DNA of 64,000 bases from the NCBI RefSeq assembly GCF_001194135.2, contig NC_069004.1, positions 1,893,639-1,957,638 on the forward strand, written 5' to 3'. A model generated the notes under the pieces. That model was not told the DNA's origin and searched no databases. It was given only the letters and a program-made list of their open reading frames with translations. The position numbers and the translations under genes were made by a program. This document shows, piece after piece, positions 1 to 14,721 of this stretch (position 1 is its first letter; each line of letters starts with the position of its first letter). This DNA is from Octopus bimaculoides. Taxonomy: Eukaryota.

Positions 1-171
1 TTCATTAGTCTGTCATTACCTTCAGGAATGTGATTGGGATGTTCTGTGTGTGTGTGTGTGTGTGTGTGTATTGTGTGTCCCTGTATGTAATTATAAGAGA
101 ATGGTGAGCAAATACTGTTGTTGGCTCTCAGACCAGTTGTGCCGTAGTATGACCAAACAAGAGGGACAGAA

Positions 172-208
<37 letters not shown>

Positions 209-603
209 CAGAGACAGTGGTTAAGAATATTTACCTCCTGCCTGTATGGATACAATGTCCTTCCTTACTGTAGTTATGTAGTCTTAAAAGAACTTATTGC
301 AGGAAATATGGGACATAGGCTGGTCTCCATATGAGAGCCTAACTTAGGAATACAGACATTTCCAAGTTTTTGTCAAGTTTTGTGTGTAATTTTGTGATTC
401 TCTTTCTGCACATACAGTTTTATTTGAATGTTGTTGGATGTATTAAATCTTCACACACACACGCATACACGCACACACACACGCATACACGCACACACAC
501 ACTAACACATGATTTTGTATTTAAGAATGTATAAGAAAAAGAAATACAGAAAGATAACCCACATGTGGGTAGCTGTTTATATGCTCTCTCTCTCTCTCTC
601 TCT

Positions 604-641
<38 letters not shown>

Positions 642-658
642 GTAGCAANNNNNNNNNN

Positions 659-705
<47 letters not shown>

Positions 706-776
706 GTAGCAATTTTGCCAGTCAACTTCCCATAACTTCTGTTCCTTATGTTCGCTCCTTGTCAAATCTCCATATA

Positions 777-839
777 CTCCGTATATTACCTATAAATCTC
801 CGTATATTACCTATAAATCTCCGTATATTACCTATAAAA
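777..839. repeat. 21-bp minisatellite x3 (CTCCGTATATTACCTATAAAT)
   Basis: Three near-perfect adjacent copies read directly. Confidence 0.9.
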
Positions 840-1324
840 ATAGCAAATACACCCATAACTCATAGCTGGAATTGTTAAATTTCATGTCATTGATTGAGTT
901 CGTTTTTTTTTCTTTTTTCTTTTTTTTTCCTTTTTTGTATTAATTTGCGCCAAAAAATGAAAACCAGCTGATAAAGTTAGCTCAATGCTTCCCATTGGTT
1001 AAAACCAGCCAATCAGCACAGCTCCACTTGGTCATGTTGCTCTGAATGAATGGAGACTCTGAAGAGTAGTGACAATTCTTTAGTCTTGCAGATCACAAGG
1101 TAACTTCAATAATGCTTGGTGCCATCATAAAATGCATCCGGCATATTTTGTAAAGCTACCACAAGATCCATTATTGGTTTAAGCCCCTTTTCTTCTCATA
1201 AGATGCTCAGTATCTTGAGAGAACCAGATGACTTTTTTGGTTGAGTACACGAGACATCCACTGTGCTGAAACCTTTGTAATTGTTTTGGACAACACCAAA
1301 GGGATTGTCGACAAATATAGCTCG

Positions 1325-1367
<43 letters not shown>

Positions 1368-2781
1368 TCTTCTCCTTTTCCACATTGCACTATGAACGGT
1401 CATGAACCTTTTCCTTATGTATGTATGTGTTCATGTGAGTGTATGTGTGTGTGTTCATATGTATGTGTGTATGTGTGTACGTAAGCATGAAGCATCATAT
1501 GGTGTTCAAATTGCAAAAAGAATGTAAAAGCAGCTACGATAGCCCTTGTGTCTTATGGGATTTTTGTTGAAGAATTTGAGCAGAATGAATGAGGGGAGAA
1601 AGAAATATACACAGTTATATGTTTTTATATATATATATATATGTATATATGTATATATACACACATTGACATACATACAGAAACATATGTAGACACATAG
1701 ACACACACACAAACCCGTATATAAAGTTTCACTGACTCACACATATGTATACAGAAGTACACATGCATATAGAAACGTATGCAAAAATACACATACACTC
1801 CACATACTAAGCTGTATATACAACTTCACTGATTCACACACACACACACACATTGGCACTCGACAGCAAACATGTACAAAAGTGCACATGTATATTCCTC
1901 CACATATTAAGCTCTCTAACGAAGGTTTCAGATTCTATGAACCTGTAGCAGTAATAACCATTTGTAAGGTGAGATAGGAAGAGAAAACAAATAGAACGGG
2001 AGGAAATGGCATTATTGCAGGAACGATTTTAGAATTGGCAAACATCCCTACCAGTTCAGCTGAGCTATTGAGTAATTCTGTTTCATTGTGAAACATCGAA
2101 TCACTGAATCTGCTTTGTTCCTCTTTATTTATTTATAGTGTTTCTCGCTAGTGTAACGCCTGTTGTTGTATTGCTATTTGGTTTTGGTAATTCTGGCAAC
2201 CGGTTAACCATTTATCTGCTGTCTTGCATAACCATCATCCTCTTTTTTTTAATTCTTAACATTGTTAACAAGTGGTTAAGCTAAGTTGCTGGAGGTTTTT
2301 TTGTCATTTTTGCTAGGTTTTTTTGTCATTCTTGTTACTGTCCTTGGATGATAGTTATGCTGAGGCACTGTGTTGAAGTGTTTATTCAATTAAAACAGTT
2401 CCCAGTGCTCATTGCAGTCTACTGCTTGTTTTATTAATCTCTCTTTGTTGAACTGTTAAGTTTTATGACATAAAACAGACACAGAAACCATTCATAAATA
2501 TTTATGGCTACACAAATTCTATGGTTAAGCATAATATGTTCAGATTTTCAACATTAATCAGGACACTTTACTTGACACTAAATATATGCACAGACCATGA
2601 TGAATATTAAATTATTGATGATCTCGGATAAAAGTAAAGTCATTCATGTATATCTATCATAGTTTTCTTGAGAAGGTGTTTGGTAGAATAACTTCCATAT
2701 GGTCTCAAGAAAGTCGAACACTATACTGGATGTTGTTGTTGTTGCTGTTGTTGACTCCTGATCCAAGAGGCCTGCGATTAA

Positions 2782-2975
2782 CACTTTAGCATTCAGGTTA
2801 CTCTGTCAAACATAAGTTTAGTCCCCTTATCGTGAATCAAGCATTATCTTGTAGCTTCAATATTTTCATGATGTAATTGTTTATTTTTTGAATGATATTC
2901 TAGGGTAGGTACAACACTCTGGATCTGAACTTTTTGAGCTTAAAAACAGGGAGAATATTTGAGCTGGATATAGTC
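2782..2975. mobile_element. piggyBac-type MITE family 1, truncated copy in opposite orientation
   Basis: TTAA|CACTTTAGCATTC...; aligns by eye to the reverse complement of 22198-22423 (aagcattatct, tgtttatttt, aaaacagg-agaatatttg). Confidence 0.65.
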
Positions 2976-3883
2976 ACTTTCTCATTTATAAATCAGAGAC
3001 TAGTTGTCACTTTGAAAACTGTATATTTCGAATGGGAATTTGGCAGCGCCACCTCTAGCCAAACAATTATTCTGTGCTGATGAAGGTAAATAACCTAGAA
3101 ATCGCGATACACAGATATTGTTCTGAGCTGAATGGGGGTGCTAGATTCTCTTGTTCGAAAATATAAGGACACAGATCATATCATATAGCCAGCTGGAGAC
3201 GATGTCTCCTGGGGCTAAATTACAGCAACATTCGTCCTAAACCAGGACTGCCATGTTATGTTGGCAAACAATCTTTTCTCCAAAAGTAATTTTGTAATGG
3301 ATATGACCAGTTTAAAGCATTCCAGACATTGATAGATTAACCCAGTAGCAAGATTAGGATGATGTTACTTGCCCTGCATATTCAGGGGATTAAGGTAGAT
3401 TTTTCATGGATTAATCTTTTGGTTCTTCCCTAAATACATTGGAAATTTGTTGGTTCAGATTGCAGTTTCTTTTTCAAAAGTGAAACCTGCCAACAGCCTT
3501 GATTACTTAACACTTTTATCATCACATTTTTCTTAAGATACACAGCTTTCGTTTCAACTGATTTTCAAAATAATCTTTTACTTGTTTCAGTTACCAGACT
3601 GCGGCCATGCTGGGGCACCACCTTGAAGAATTTAGTAAAATAACTTTTGCATGATTCAGTTGGTATTTAAAACCTAAAACTTCCATGAAATTTTGATGGA
3701 AGATTTTTAATTTACATAGCTTTAAAACAGGAAATTTGTAACACAGAACTGAATGTGGTTCCATGCAAGTCGCTACCAAGAGGATTAAATAAAAAATATT
3801 GTGCAAATGAATACAACAGCAGTGAACAGAAATGAAAAGCTTTGACTAAAAATACATTTTTCGTTTTCTTTTCTTTTTTACAG

Positions 3884-4020
3884 CCAAAGCTGCTGGATTC
3901 TTGTGTGTCTTAGGAATCGGTCTAGGAATCGGTTCACTTTTGATCTACCGCTTATTCAAGAAATACCAATGTTCAAATGACTTGCCAGATAAATCTGACG
4001 ATGAATGCTATGTACGTCTG
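3884..4020 (+). CDS. Internal coding exon encoding a Gly-rich transmembrane/signal-anchor segment; probable 5' exon of the OTULIN-family gene
   Basis: Strong acceptor (ttttcttttcttttttacag|) and donor (CTG|gtaagg). Only one of three frames is open: (x)KAAGFLCVLGIGLGIGSLLIYRLFKKYQCSNDLPDKSDDECYVRL. Phase 1 in, phase 0 out, matching the phase-0 acceptor at 39529. The link across the ~35.5 kb intron is inferred; the start-codon exon was not found. Confidence 0.65.
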
Positions 4021-4821
4021 GTAAGGAATATTTACTATTTCTACTAATTCTACCAAAGCTCTTCTTACTGTACACTTCTACTAACGGTATCCATATATAT
4101 ATATTTCATGTGTTTCTACTGTATGTATAAACCTAATTTGTTATCATTTCAGCACAAAATATTGAAATAATCATTAAAAAAATTACTTAAATATTGTTGA
4201 TATTACTAATATTTTACTGGTGCTAAGGCAACAAACTGGCAAAATCCTTAGCAGACCAGGGGAAATTTTCAACAGCATTTCATTCATTTTTATATTCTGG
4301 GTTCATATTCTGTCAAAGTCGACTTTACCTTTCATCCTTTCAGGGTCGGTAAAATTAGTACCAGTTGTGCACTGGGGTTGACGTTATCGACCTACACCTC
4401 CCCTGGATTTGCTGGTCATGTGCCAAAATTTGGAACCAATGTTTTGTTGATTCTACTGTTAACAATACTGTTTCAGAATGTCCTCATATTGTTTTGAAAG
4501 GCAAACACACTCTGCCATTTAACTCTCTCATCTAACCATCCAGAGATTATCATCAGCTGATTAGCTACTGACTCCACAGTGGATGACTAAGACAGGACCT
4601 GTAACAGGAGTTCAACCAGTACATTGGGCTGAGGCCTGCAGGACTAAGGAGATCTCTGTAATTGTCTGCTGTCTCACACACACACATACATGTGCAGATA
4701 TACACATACAGATAAAGAGAGAGAGAGAGAGAGAGAGAGATTACAATTATTAATTGAACACAACTGATGCAAACACTTTCCATCTCCTCAGACGCATAAA
4801 AAGAAATATGGTCACACACAT

Positions 4822-4861
<40 letters not shown>

Positions 4862-6413
4862 GAGGGAAGAAGAAAATGAGAGAGAGAGAGAGAGAGAGTG
4901 GAGAGGGAAGAAGAAAATGAGAGACACATTAAAACGTCTGATGTCAACTAAATCAGTGTTGAATCAAAGATGCCAAATAAGCAGCACCAAAACAGCTGTG
5001 CCAAGATGTCTCGTATCTCTCTCTCTCTCCAGTTCCCAACTGATGCTTCTTCTTCAGCTAGAACATCTAATGTTGCAGTTAGCTTTAAATCATTTACCTT
5101 GGTTTTTTCTTCCTACTTTCCACATTTATTTACCTTTATTCACAACAAAGACAACATTTCAACAAAGAATTCGGAACAGTCCACCAAATAATCCTTCCTC
5201 CCCTACACAAATAATAATCAATAGATCTCAATCCTACCCACCATCATTTAATAACATGTACCAGCAACAAACCAGGTAGGAGCCCTAATTTGGTCACTCA
5301 ACTTGCAAGAAATAGCAGCCAAATATCCCTTTGAGCACACCCTACTGTCTTTATCCCTTCAACTGCAAAATTAAATTTCATGGTTGTTCCAGTAATGATG
5401 TTAAACCTCTTTCAAAAAATAGAATTGGTATTTTCTGCAAGTCACGTTGCTTCAATAAATTTGACATATTTCAACAAAAAATAGTTCCAAACATGACACT
5501 CCCCAACAAAAGCTAGATTGATGTGTAAAACCACTGGCAAAATCGCTAACACGCTGAACAGAAAGCTTCGTAATATTGCGCCTGTCTTTACGATCTGAGT
5601 TCAGCTTCTGCTGAGGTTGACTGTGATTTTTCATCCTTTCAGGGTTGATAAAACAAGTACCTGTTAAGCACTGGGGTCGATGTAATCGACTTATCCCCAC
5701 CCCCAAAATTCCAGGCCTTTGTGCAGTTTAGGGTAATCGAATTTTGGGTGGATATATCTGATTTCTGCAGTAAAAGGGTTAAAAGTAAAATGACATGTTG
5801 GATAATGTTCGTAGTTTATCATTTCGTGGATGGCATTAACTTTGTTCGTTTCATATTGAAAGAAAAGAGAAACAGAAAAGGTAAGAGTTGCCTCCCTTAC
5901 CTCCTTTTTCTTTCTCCTTTCTCATTCCGTATAAATGACTAATTAACTGTTAATTTATCCTCTTTTAACAGCGGACTAAATAGTCTTATAGCATATTTTT
6001 AATCCTAATGTAAACTAAGAGGAGGAACTGAAATTAATTATACCGTTGATTGAATAGATCAAAGTCATTTTATATATTAAAAAAATTGGCTCGACATGCG
6101 ATTAAAAAGAGTGTTCCTGTAATATTATTATGTACTGATTTTGTTCTTTATTTTTCTCCATATTTTTTTACTGTTTCTTTTGTAAAATATATTCTGTATC
6201 ACTGAACTATTTTATAGACTGTTCTAATTATGTAAATTACTCGCAACACCATCGTTTTGTATTTATATATCTATATGTGGACTATTTATAACACATACCT
6301 ACCTTTCCTGTTAAACTCTCCAGCTACTGTATAAAATAGGATTGGTAAAATACCACCAGAACATATAATGTACTATTAAGTTCTACCCATTATAACTTTG
6401 TTCCCCACCCCAG

Positions 6414-6465
<52 letters not shown>

Positions 6466-8213
6466 NNNNNNNNNNNNNNNNNNNNNNNNNNNNNNNNNNN
6501 NNNNNNNNNNNNNNNNNNNNNNNNNNNNNNNNNNNNNNNNNNNNNNNNNNNNNNNNNNNNNNNNNNNNNNNNNNNNNNNNNNNNNNNNNNNNNNNNNNNN
6601 NNNNNNNNNNNNNNNNNNNNNNNNNNNNNNNNNNNNNNNNNNNNNNNNNNNNNNNNNNNNNNNNNNNNNNNNNNNNNNNNNNNNNNNNNNNNNNNNNNNN
6701 NNNNNNNNNNNNNNNNNNNNNNNNNNNNNNNNNNNNNNNNNNNNNNNNNNNNNNNNNNNNNNNNNNNNNNNNNNNNNNNNNNNNNNNNNNNNNNNNNNNN
6801 NNNNNNNNNNNNNNNNNNNNNNNNNNNNNNNNNNNNNNNNNNNNNNNNNNNNNNNNNNNNNNNNNNNNNNNNNNNNNNNNNNNNNNNNNNNNNNNNNNNN
6901 NNNNNNNNNNNNNNNNNNNNNNNNNNNNNNNNNNNNNNNNNNNNNNNNNNNNNNNNNNNNNNNNNNNNNNNNNNNNNNNNNNNNNNNNNNNNNNNCATCA
7001 ACACGTATTGTTCAGTTTCAATTGCAAGTTGGTACCATCTTACCATTCAAGTGTGGGGAAAAGACCAAACATAAAATGGTGGTGGCAGTGGGGGGGGGGC
7101 AAGGGTGAGAGCAGCAATTTGTGGACTTGGAAAGGTATGAATATCACCACTTCCCATATTCCTCCACTGCAGATCCAGCACCTTCAGTAAAAGACTGTTT
7201 GTATTTTGTAGGTTCAGAAGTTTACTTCCCAACCACATGGTTCCAAGTTCAATCCCACTGCTTGACACATTCGGTAGATGGAAACTGAGAGAATCCCTTT
7301 GTATGTGTGTTTGTCCCCCATCACCGCTTGACAACTGGTGTTGGCTTGTTTACATCCCCATAACTTAGCAGTTATTCTAAAGAGATTGATAGAATAAGTA
7401 CCAGACTTTTAAAAAAAGAAGGGGGACAAGAAGTGCTGGGGTCAGTTTGTTTGACTAAACCTTTTAAGGCAGTGCTCCAGCATGGCTGCAGTCACATGAC
7501 TGAAACAAGTAAAGGACGTTTCTTTTTTTTTCTTTATCTTTCCTCTTGTCATTTAAAAAATGTTAAATTTTCATAAAATTTCCTGTCAGACTTCATTAAA
7601 CTTCCAATTTTATTTAAGCACAAAAAAAAAAAAAAGACAATAATTCCTTCTGGAATTTGCTACACGGAAGTTAATTATCAAATATTTCTTCCTGTATATG
7701 GTGTGGCGATTGTTTCTCCTTGAAATAGTTTCTTTTCAAAATCATTGTTGAAAATATCAAAAGTGTTTCTGTCTTGAATGACTGGAAGATTGTTTCTTTT
7801 AGGGAGATATTTGCGTTAATCCACAGACACGGGTTAAATAGTGAGAGGAAACGGCCTCTGAGTGACTGTTCCCAGGGAAATTACACTCTGCAGGTACCTG
7901 GGAATATTGTTGACAGCTAATGATCAACATGACAGTAAAAGGCTACAGTAAAGAGTTTATTTTCATTTGAGGTTACGGCAAGGAGCATGTTTTTTATCAT
8001 ATAACACAACTACTTTGTACTTTGGACACGGACACACACATACCTATATAGGTATATTTACATTCATATATATATATATATATACACACATAAATACATG
8101 CACTCACATAGATACATACATATATATATATATACACACATATACATATAAATATACATACATATATGTGTATGTGTGTATATATATTATTAGATAATAA
8201 ATCAAATGGTATA

Positions 8214-8266
<53 letters not shown>

Positions 8267-8655
8267 GTATATATGTATATAATATGTATGTATCCATATA
8301 TAATACATATATATACACACCCACAAACACACAAACACACACATACGTATGTCCTCCTCAATTGTTTCACGTGAGAAACATTTTCTTTTCTCTTTAAATG
8401 TGGGCAAAATAATTACCTTTTTCTGTTGTGAAACGAGCTAAAAGCAAAGCGGGGAGGGTCACGTTTGTGTGCAGGCCTGATAAATGGACTTCATTTGATA
8501 GGGTGTGAAAAGAGAATCCTAACGACAGCTCATATGTCTGTCCACCTTAACCAAACCAATGATTAATTTATGTTGATTTTTTTCTTTTTCTTTTTTTTTC
8601 AATAACATTTTCCTGGCATGAAATCATTACAGATTTGGAATTCTTTTATTCTTTC

Positions 8656-8689
<34 letters not shown>

Positions 8690-9589
8690 TTCCTTTCCAC
8701 GTTGTCATCAGCAGTGACAATAGTAGGAGTTGTTTGAAAGGTGTAACACACACATTTAGACAAAAATATTCAATGTTGATCCAAGCAGTCAGCCCGAATG
8801 GATTTTTAAACTTTACTAGACATGCTCGTAGTTTGTTCTGTTTGGCAAATTTGTAAATGTGAACTCCAGGTACTTAAAGAACACACACACACACACACAC
8901 ACAAACACACACTTATTTTCACTGGGTTTATTGTCAATATATTTCATCATAAGACGTAAGGATTAATATCAAATGAAATGGCTTTTTCCTGTCCGAAATT
9001 CCACAAGTAAGTATTCGAGTTGTTTATTAAAACATTTCTATTGCTGTGAGAAGTGTCTGTCTGTTTGTCTGTCTGTCGGAGAATTATTCGTTTTCCTTGA
9101 TGCAGTTAATGAATGTTAGTTATTACAGGCTGTGTGTCTGCGTATAGGTATTGATCTATGTATGCGTTTGCATGTGTGTCAGTGGGTTGGGAGACAAATC
9201 GAGTTTGCATGTGTGTGTGTGCATGTACGTGTGTGTGTGTATAAACAGATTTATTAACCTCATTCAGTAGATTATAACTACGTCAGCTGTTACTAAAAGC
9301 TTTTCGAAGACTTTATTGATATTTAGAATCAATGCAATAATAAACATCCAACATGAGTAAATGGGGACAGAAGCTGTTTGTCTTTGCTTTTGGCTTTTAT
9401 TTGTCTCAGTCATTGCGCTGTGGCCAAGCTGGAGCACAATCTTGGAGGGTTTCAGTGGAACAAATCCATCCCATTTTTTTTTTTCTATAAAGTCTGGTAT
9501 TTATTTTATCAGTCTCTTTTGGCAAACTGTTACAGGGGCATAAACAAACCTACACAAAGACACACACCTAGATTTACATATATATATAT

Positions 9590-9792
9590 CTGTTGAGATA
9601 TTCTGTTTCTTTCAATTATTTTAAATATAACAAAGAATGTAGTAAAATAACTTAGTTATCATTAAGCTAGTGTTAGGAACATAAACTGTGACCAAGGATT
9701 GGTGGAAGATTTTAATTCAAAACTTATGAAAACAAAACATTTGTACTACAGAGCCAGAGGGGCTTTCAGCCGGGTTGGTATCGAAAGGATTA
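9590..9792. mobile_element. piggyBac-type MITE family 2, 5'-truncated copy
   Basis: Shares gctagtgttaggaacataaa, ggtggaagattttaattca and tttgtactacagagccaga with 44932-45151; ends ggtatcgaaaggattaa. Confidence 0.65.
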
Positions 9793-12780
9793 AAACAATT
9801 TGGTTTAGACTTGCTTTAAATCATAACGAGTGATTAGTCATTTATTTCGTTTAATTTCCTCCAAACACACTGGTTAGCTTAGATTATTTGCATTGCTAAA
9901 TCTCAACAAAAGTGCTTAGTGTTATGAAAATTCCTGGTTAAATAGAGCATGGACTTATTATTTACTCAGTTTTTAATGCATTGATTGTAGATTATGAGTA
10001 AACAACTTTACTGTATTATTTATCGAGACTTGCTCTCTTTGAAGAAGCAGATCAAAGGAACAATTTCAAGTTGGCTGACCCCATCACGCATTACATTACT
10101 GTTGTGGGTCTTAGGACTCACAGGGTCAGTTACCTAGACCGAGATCACATTTCTGCCCCTGCCTCAACAGGACACCAGTCCATTGCAGCTTCACTCATTT
10201 ACAGATGAATGGACTGGAGCAATGAGAGAGAGGAAATATTTATTCAACTAAAACCCTTGCTTAAAATATTCACTGTCATGAATAGCCACCCAGATGATTA
10301 AAAATTTGGTATACGCAATTGAGGCAGTATTAAATTAAAGTAGCTATCTGTGTATCATACTCAATGCATGCAAACTGTCAATAGGCCAGCTACTGCAGTA
10401 TTTGTCTTGAGATAGCATCACTTATAGAAGTTCTGTGTTAAAAACACAATAAATATTAGAGGGAGAGACGACAGTTTACCTCAGCAGAGGTCTGCAAGAG
10501 CATTTCAGATTTATTTCAGCCTTTTTAATGCATTTCTCTGAGAATCTTGAGAGTGAATTTGGTAGATGGAAACTTAAAGAAGCCTGTCATGTGTATATTT
10601 AGACAGATAGATAGACAGACAGGTAGATAGACAGACAGACAGACAGGTAGATGTGTGTGTGTCTCCTTTGTCTCTCCTTTGTCTTGTATCTCTTTTGTCT
10701 TGACATCATACAAAGGATGTCATTCATTCCTAATACACTGCGAGAACAAATCTGACCATGGAGAAATATCACCTGGCTTGGAAATAGGTGAGGGTTGGCA
10801 ACAGGAAGAGCATTCAGTTGTAGAAAATTTGCCTCAATAAACTCCATCCAACCCAAGCAACCCTTTAAAAATGGACAATAGAATTACATGAAACTGTAAA
10901 ATGAATGCAGTGCCACAAAGATGGCTTGAAAGCATGTCATTAAATCCTCAATACAGGATTATGTTAGAGATATGAATCATTGTCTATGAAGAATCAAATT
11001 ATTGAAGTACTATTTCCTACACTTGTCTATGGAGGAAACAGTTTCCCTAGAAATCTCACATTTGGAATTTCTGATTCATAATTTTCAGTGATGCTCCAAT
11101 ATGTAGCCATCTTTCCTCACTCGATCACAATTCGTTCAAATTATAGCCGGGTCAGGGGTTTCCTCTTCTCATGTCTTTATGACATTACTCTTAAGAGTTC
11201 ATTCATGGTAGTGGTGGTGATGATGATGATCACAACAGCAGCATATATATTGATTGGAAGAGTCCATTTTAGAGGGAGGGAAATACCAATGGTTGATGAA
11301 TATAATGACTGGAAGAGCTGATTTTAACCAGACAGTTTTGCTGGATAGGGTAGCTGAGAGAGAGAGATAGAGAGACCCACCCCCTGCAACAATTTTATCT
11401 CCAGGGCTCATTATCATCTTCATCTTCATTTAACATCCACTCTCCATGCTGGCTTGGGGGTCAGATGGTTTGACTGGAGCTGATGAGCCAGAGCTGCACC
11501 AGGTCCCAGTCTGATTTGGCATGGTTTCTACAGCTGGATGCCCATAAAATATATTTTGGATGTTATTTATGTGTGTAATTGTAGTGGTGGTGCTGGTGGT
11601 GGGGGTAGTTGCTGCCACTGCTGCTGTTTCTAATTAGTTCACTTTAGCAACCCACTAGAACGACAGAGAGGAACTCATACAAAGCACAGGGGGAAACCCA
11701 CCAGTTCACACATGTGCCATCTATGTGAGGACCACACCTCACACATATCAGGTCTTTCTATGTTTGGTTGTGAGAATCAAGCAGTTGAAATATGTTACCC
11801 TCCTCCTTCCACTCCTTGCCAATCTGTTATTCTATATCCTGGTTGTTTTCATGTTTTAGTAGCTCAGCAACAGCAACAAAAGGGCTTAGCACCAACCCAT
11901 GTGATGTAAAATAAATGCGGTTTTCCCAGAATTTTCTCTCTTTTTTTTTTTTTAGGGTATTTATTCCCCATGCATATGCACAATGCTTGGATCTAGGAAT
12001 GCAATTGTTTTTTTTTGCTAGTGTTTGGAGAGAGGCTATGTGTGTGTGTGTAATAATTTTTTTGTTTGTCTGAGATAGATTTGGATAGACAGTAATGTTA
12101 TTTTCATATGTAGTGATAATATATATATATATATANNNNNNNNNNNNNNNNNNNNNNNNNNNNNNNNNNNNNNNNNNNNNNNNNNNNNNNNNNNNNNNNN
12201 NNNNNNNNNNNNNNNNNNNNNNNNNNNNNNNNNNNNNNNNNNNNNNNNNNNNNNNNNNNNTATACACATATATATACTTCCAAAGGGGGGTAGAGAGAGA
12301 GAGAGAGAGTTGTTTGTAAAAGTTTCGACCTGAAGTAAGAGTTATGTGAAGCTCTTACGTAAGTGTGTGTGTGACTGTATGTTTAGATGGTATACCTGTG
12401 TATAATGACTAAATGCATATATAGAATCGTGTGTGTGTGTGTGTACCTGTAAGGAAATGTGTTTCTCCAATGCTTCCCAACTACAAATTCTCTTACAATT
12501 AATATCTCCATCAAAGCCAATGTTGGATCCTCTATGCAATTTTCTTTTTTTTTTCTGTTTTTTTTTTTTTGCTAGATCTGCTCACATTAGCAACCAAATA
12601 CCCTTCAAACCAACCGCATCATCATCATTTAACATCTGTTTTTCCATGCTGGCATGGGTCATTTGATCTGGAAGGGGCTGGCCAGCCGGCGAGCTGCATC
12701 AGGCTCCAGTTGTTTTGGCATGGTTTTTACAGTTGGTTGTCTTAGCAACATTATAGACCCCCACCTCACCCGAGGTGACA

Positions 12781-13075
12781 ATAAGCTACAACATACATAG
12801 ATCAGAGCTGAGCCTCTATGCCCATGTTGCACTGAGCCCTATAGTATTTATACTGGGCCCTATAGTATTTATTTATTAACAAAAAGCCACAACATACATA
12901 GATCAGAACTAGGCCCCTTTGCAGGCAAACCAATGCACTGGGCCCTATAATATATATTTATTGACAATGAGCCATAGTGTACATAGGTCAGAATGGGGTC
13001 TCCAGACCCATGAGGCCCCTTCTCTGGGCAAATCAATGCATTGAGCCCTATAATATATATTTGTTGACAATAAGC
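12781..13075. repeat. Degenerate ~90-105 bp tandem repeat x3
   Basis: Recurring aagc.acaacatacatagatcaga, gc.aa.caatgca.tg.gccctata and tatttattgacaat motifs. Confidence 0.7.
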
Positions 13076-13993
13076 CTCAGGGAAGCATATGACATGTAAG
13101 GTCCTGACCTGGAAGAGGGGACAACCTGGAAAAATAGCTGGAAGTGAGAAGCTGAGACAGAGCTGAAAAATTAGGGATCCAACTGGAAAGAAGGGGAAAA
13201 GACAGTCTAGGATCAAGAACAGTGGGGAAAAAGTCATCAATGGCCTACGCTTTAATTGGGAGCAAAGGGCTTAAGTAAAGCAAAGGCACAATGAATAACG
13301 TTATGAGGTCCTAGACAAAGCCTAAAAAGAAAGGATGGTCATGGCTGGAACACATTTCATCATAGGTCTGTTCAAACCAGATTGATCTGGAGCGAAACAA
13401 CAACAGCAACAATCAACTTGATTAAATTCAGGATTTATCAGTGAACCATTCCACTTCTAAATTCAACCCATTCATGACACATCAACCTCTCTGCTTCCCG
13501 TGACCTCCAGCAAACAGGATTTATAATCCTGCATTGTGAGGCCTTCACCTTGCCATTTTGTCAAACATCCTTCACACCCCTATATTCCACATTGGACTTA
13601 CCTCTAACTTGAATTTCAACTCAAAACTATCCCCATTACCAATCGCCAATGTCCCTTCTCTTGAAAGCAATGGAAAAAAATAATGTATCTATGTGTTGAG
13701 ACTGTGTAGCTATGTACATATGAGTTTTACACTAACATGTGTGTATTTGTATGTGTTTGTGTGTTTGTATATATGTGTGTGTGTGTGTGTGTATATATAT
13801 AGTGAGTTTACACGAATAGACATGCATACATATTGTGAAGTATACACTAACACACACATACACACACAGTTATATGTTAGTGGTGGATGCCTGCCGTTCA
13901 ATGATGAGGATTCAGCTGGATTATCTGTCCCTGAATTAACATCTAAGTGGTTGAGTATTCCACACAATGTAACAAAGTTCTGCATATTAATAT

Positions 13994-14032
<39 letters not shown>

Positions 14033-14199
14033 CACTGCCATAGGCACTCTGCCAAAACTGACGTTGGAGGCCTCAAGCAGCTCATCAGATCCTGTCAAAC
14101 GATCTAACCCATGCCAGCATGGATAACAGGCATTAAATGATGGCAACAATGGTATATATATATCTACACACACACACACATACACACACACACACACGT

Positions 14200-14283
<84 letters not shown>

Positions 14284-14690
14284 GTACATATATTTTTGCA
14301 TGGTTGTTTCGTTTTATAATTATTTCTGCTTTTTCTCATTATGTCTTCCCCACCAGTCGTCGGTTTAGAATTCGCCAACATTTCCGTGCACTTATTCACA
14401 GACTCGGCGCAGGATGTGGCCATCTCTGCACCACCCCTTTGGCATGTAAGCAGGTGTGTATTGGTGACGTAGAAACTTTGGCCTTTTTTTTTTTTTTACA
14501 CTTCCCCGACCACCACCACCACCACCTCATCTTGTTTTTTTTTTAATTTTTACCCCCTCCTCTCCTGCCTCTGTCTCCCTCTTTCTAAATATATGTGTAT
14601 GTGTGTGTGTGCATATTTTACATACACATACACACACATATTTATAAATAAATACATATTTTGATATAAATATATATATTTTATATGTAT

Positions 14691-14721
<31 letters not shown>

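Noticed and set aside
575-712. Apparent duplication of (CT)n-gtctgtagcaa either side of a 10-N gap
   Set aside because: Most likely unmerged overlapping contig ends rather than a real duplication.
1050-1099. ATG-containing candidate first exon (METLKSSDNSLVLQIT) with donor AAG|gtaact
   Set aside because: Ends in phase 2, but the TM exon needs phase 1. A chain through a mini-exon near 1932-1968 exits in phase 0 and still does not fit.
3040-3085. Phase-1 donor GAA G|gtaaat and a CTCF-like aggtggcgc
   Set aside because: No in-frame ATG or convincing acceptor after the stop at 3013; only half of the CTCF consensus matches.
4826-4923. Doubled (GA)n-gtggagagggaagaagaaaat unit and ORF 4857..5279
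   Set aside because: Slippage or assembly duplication in a compound microsatellite; the candidate acceptor near 5032 reads into a stop, and no family is recognisable.
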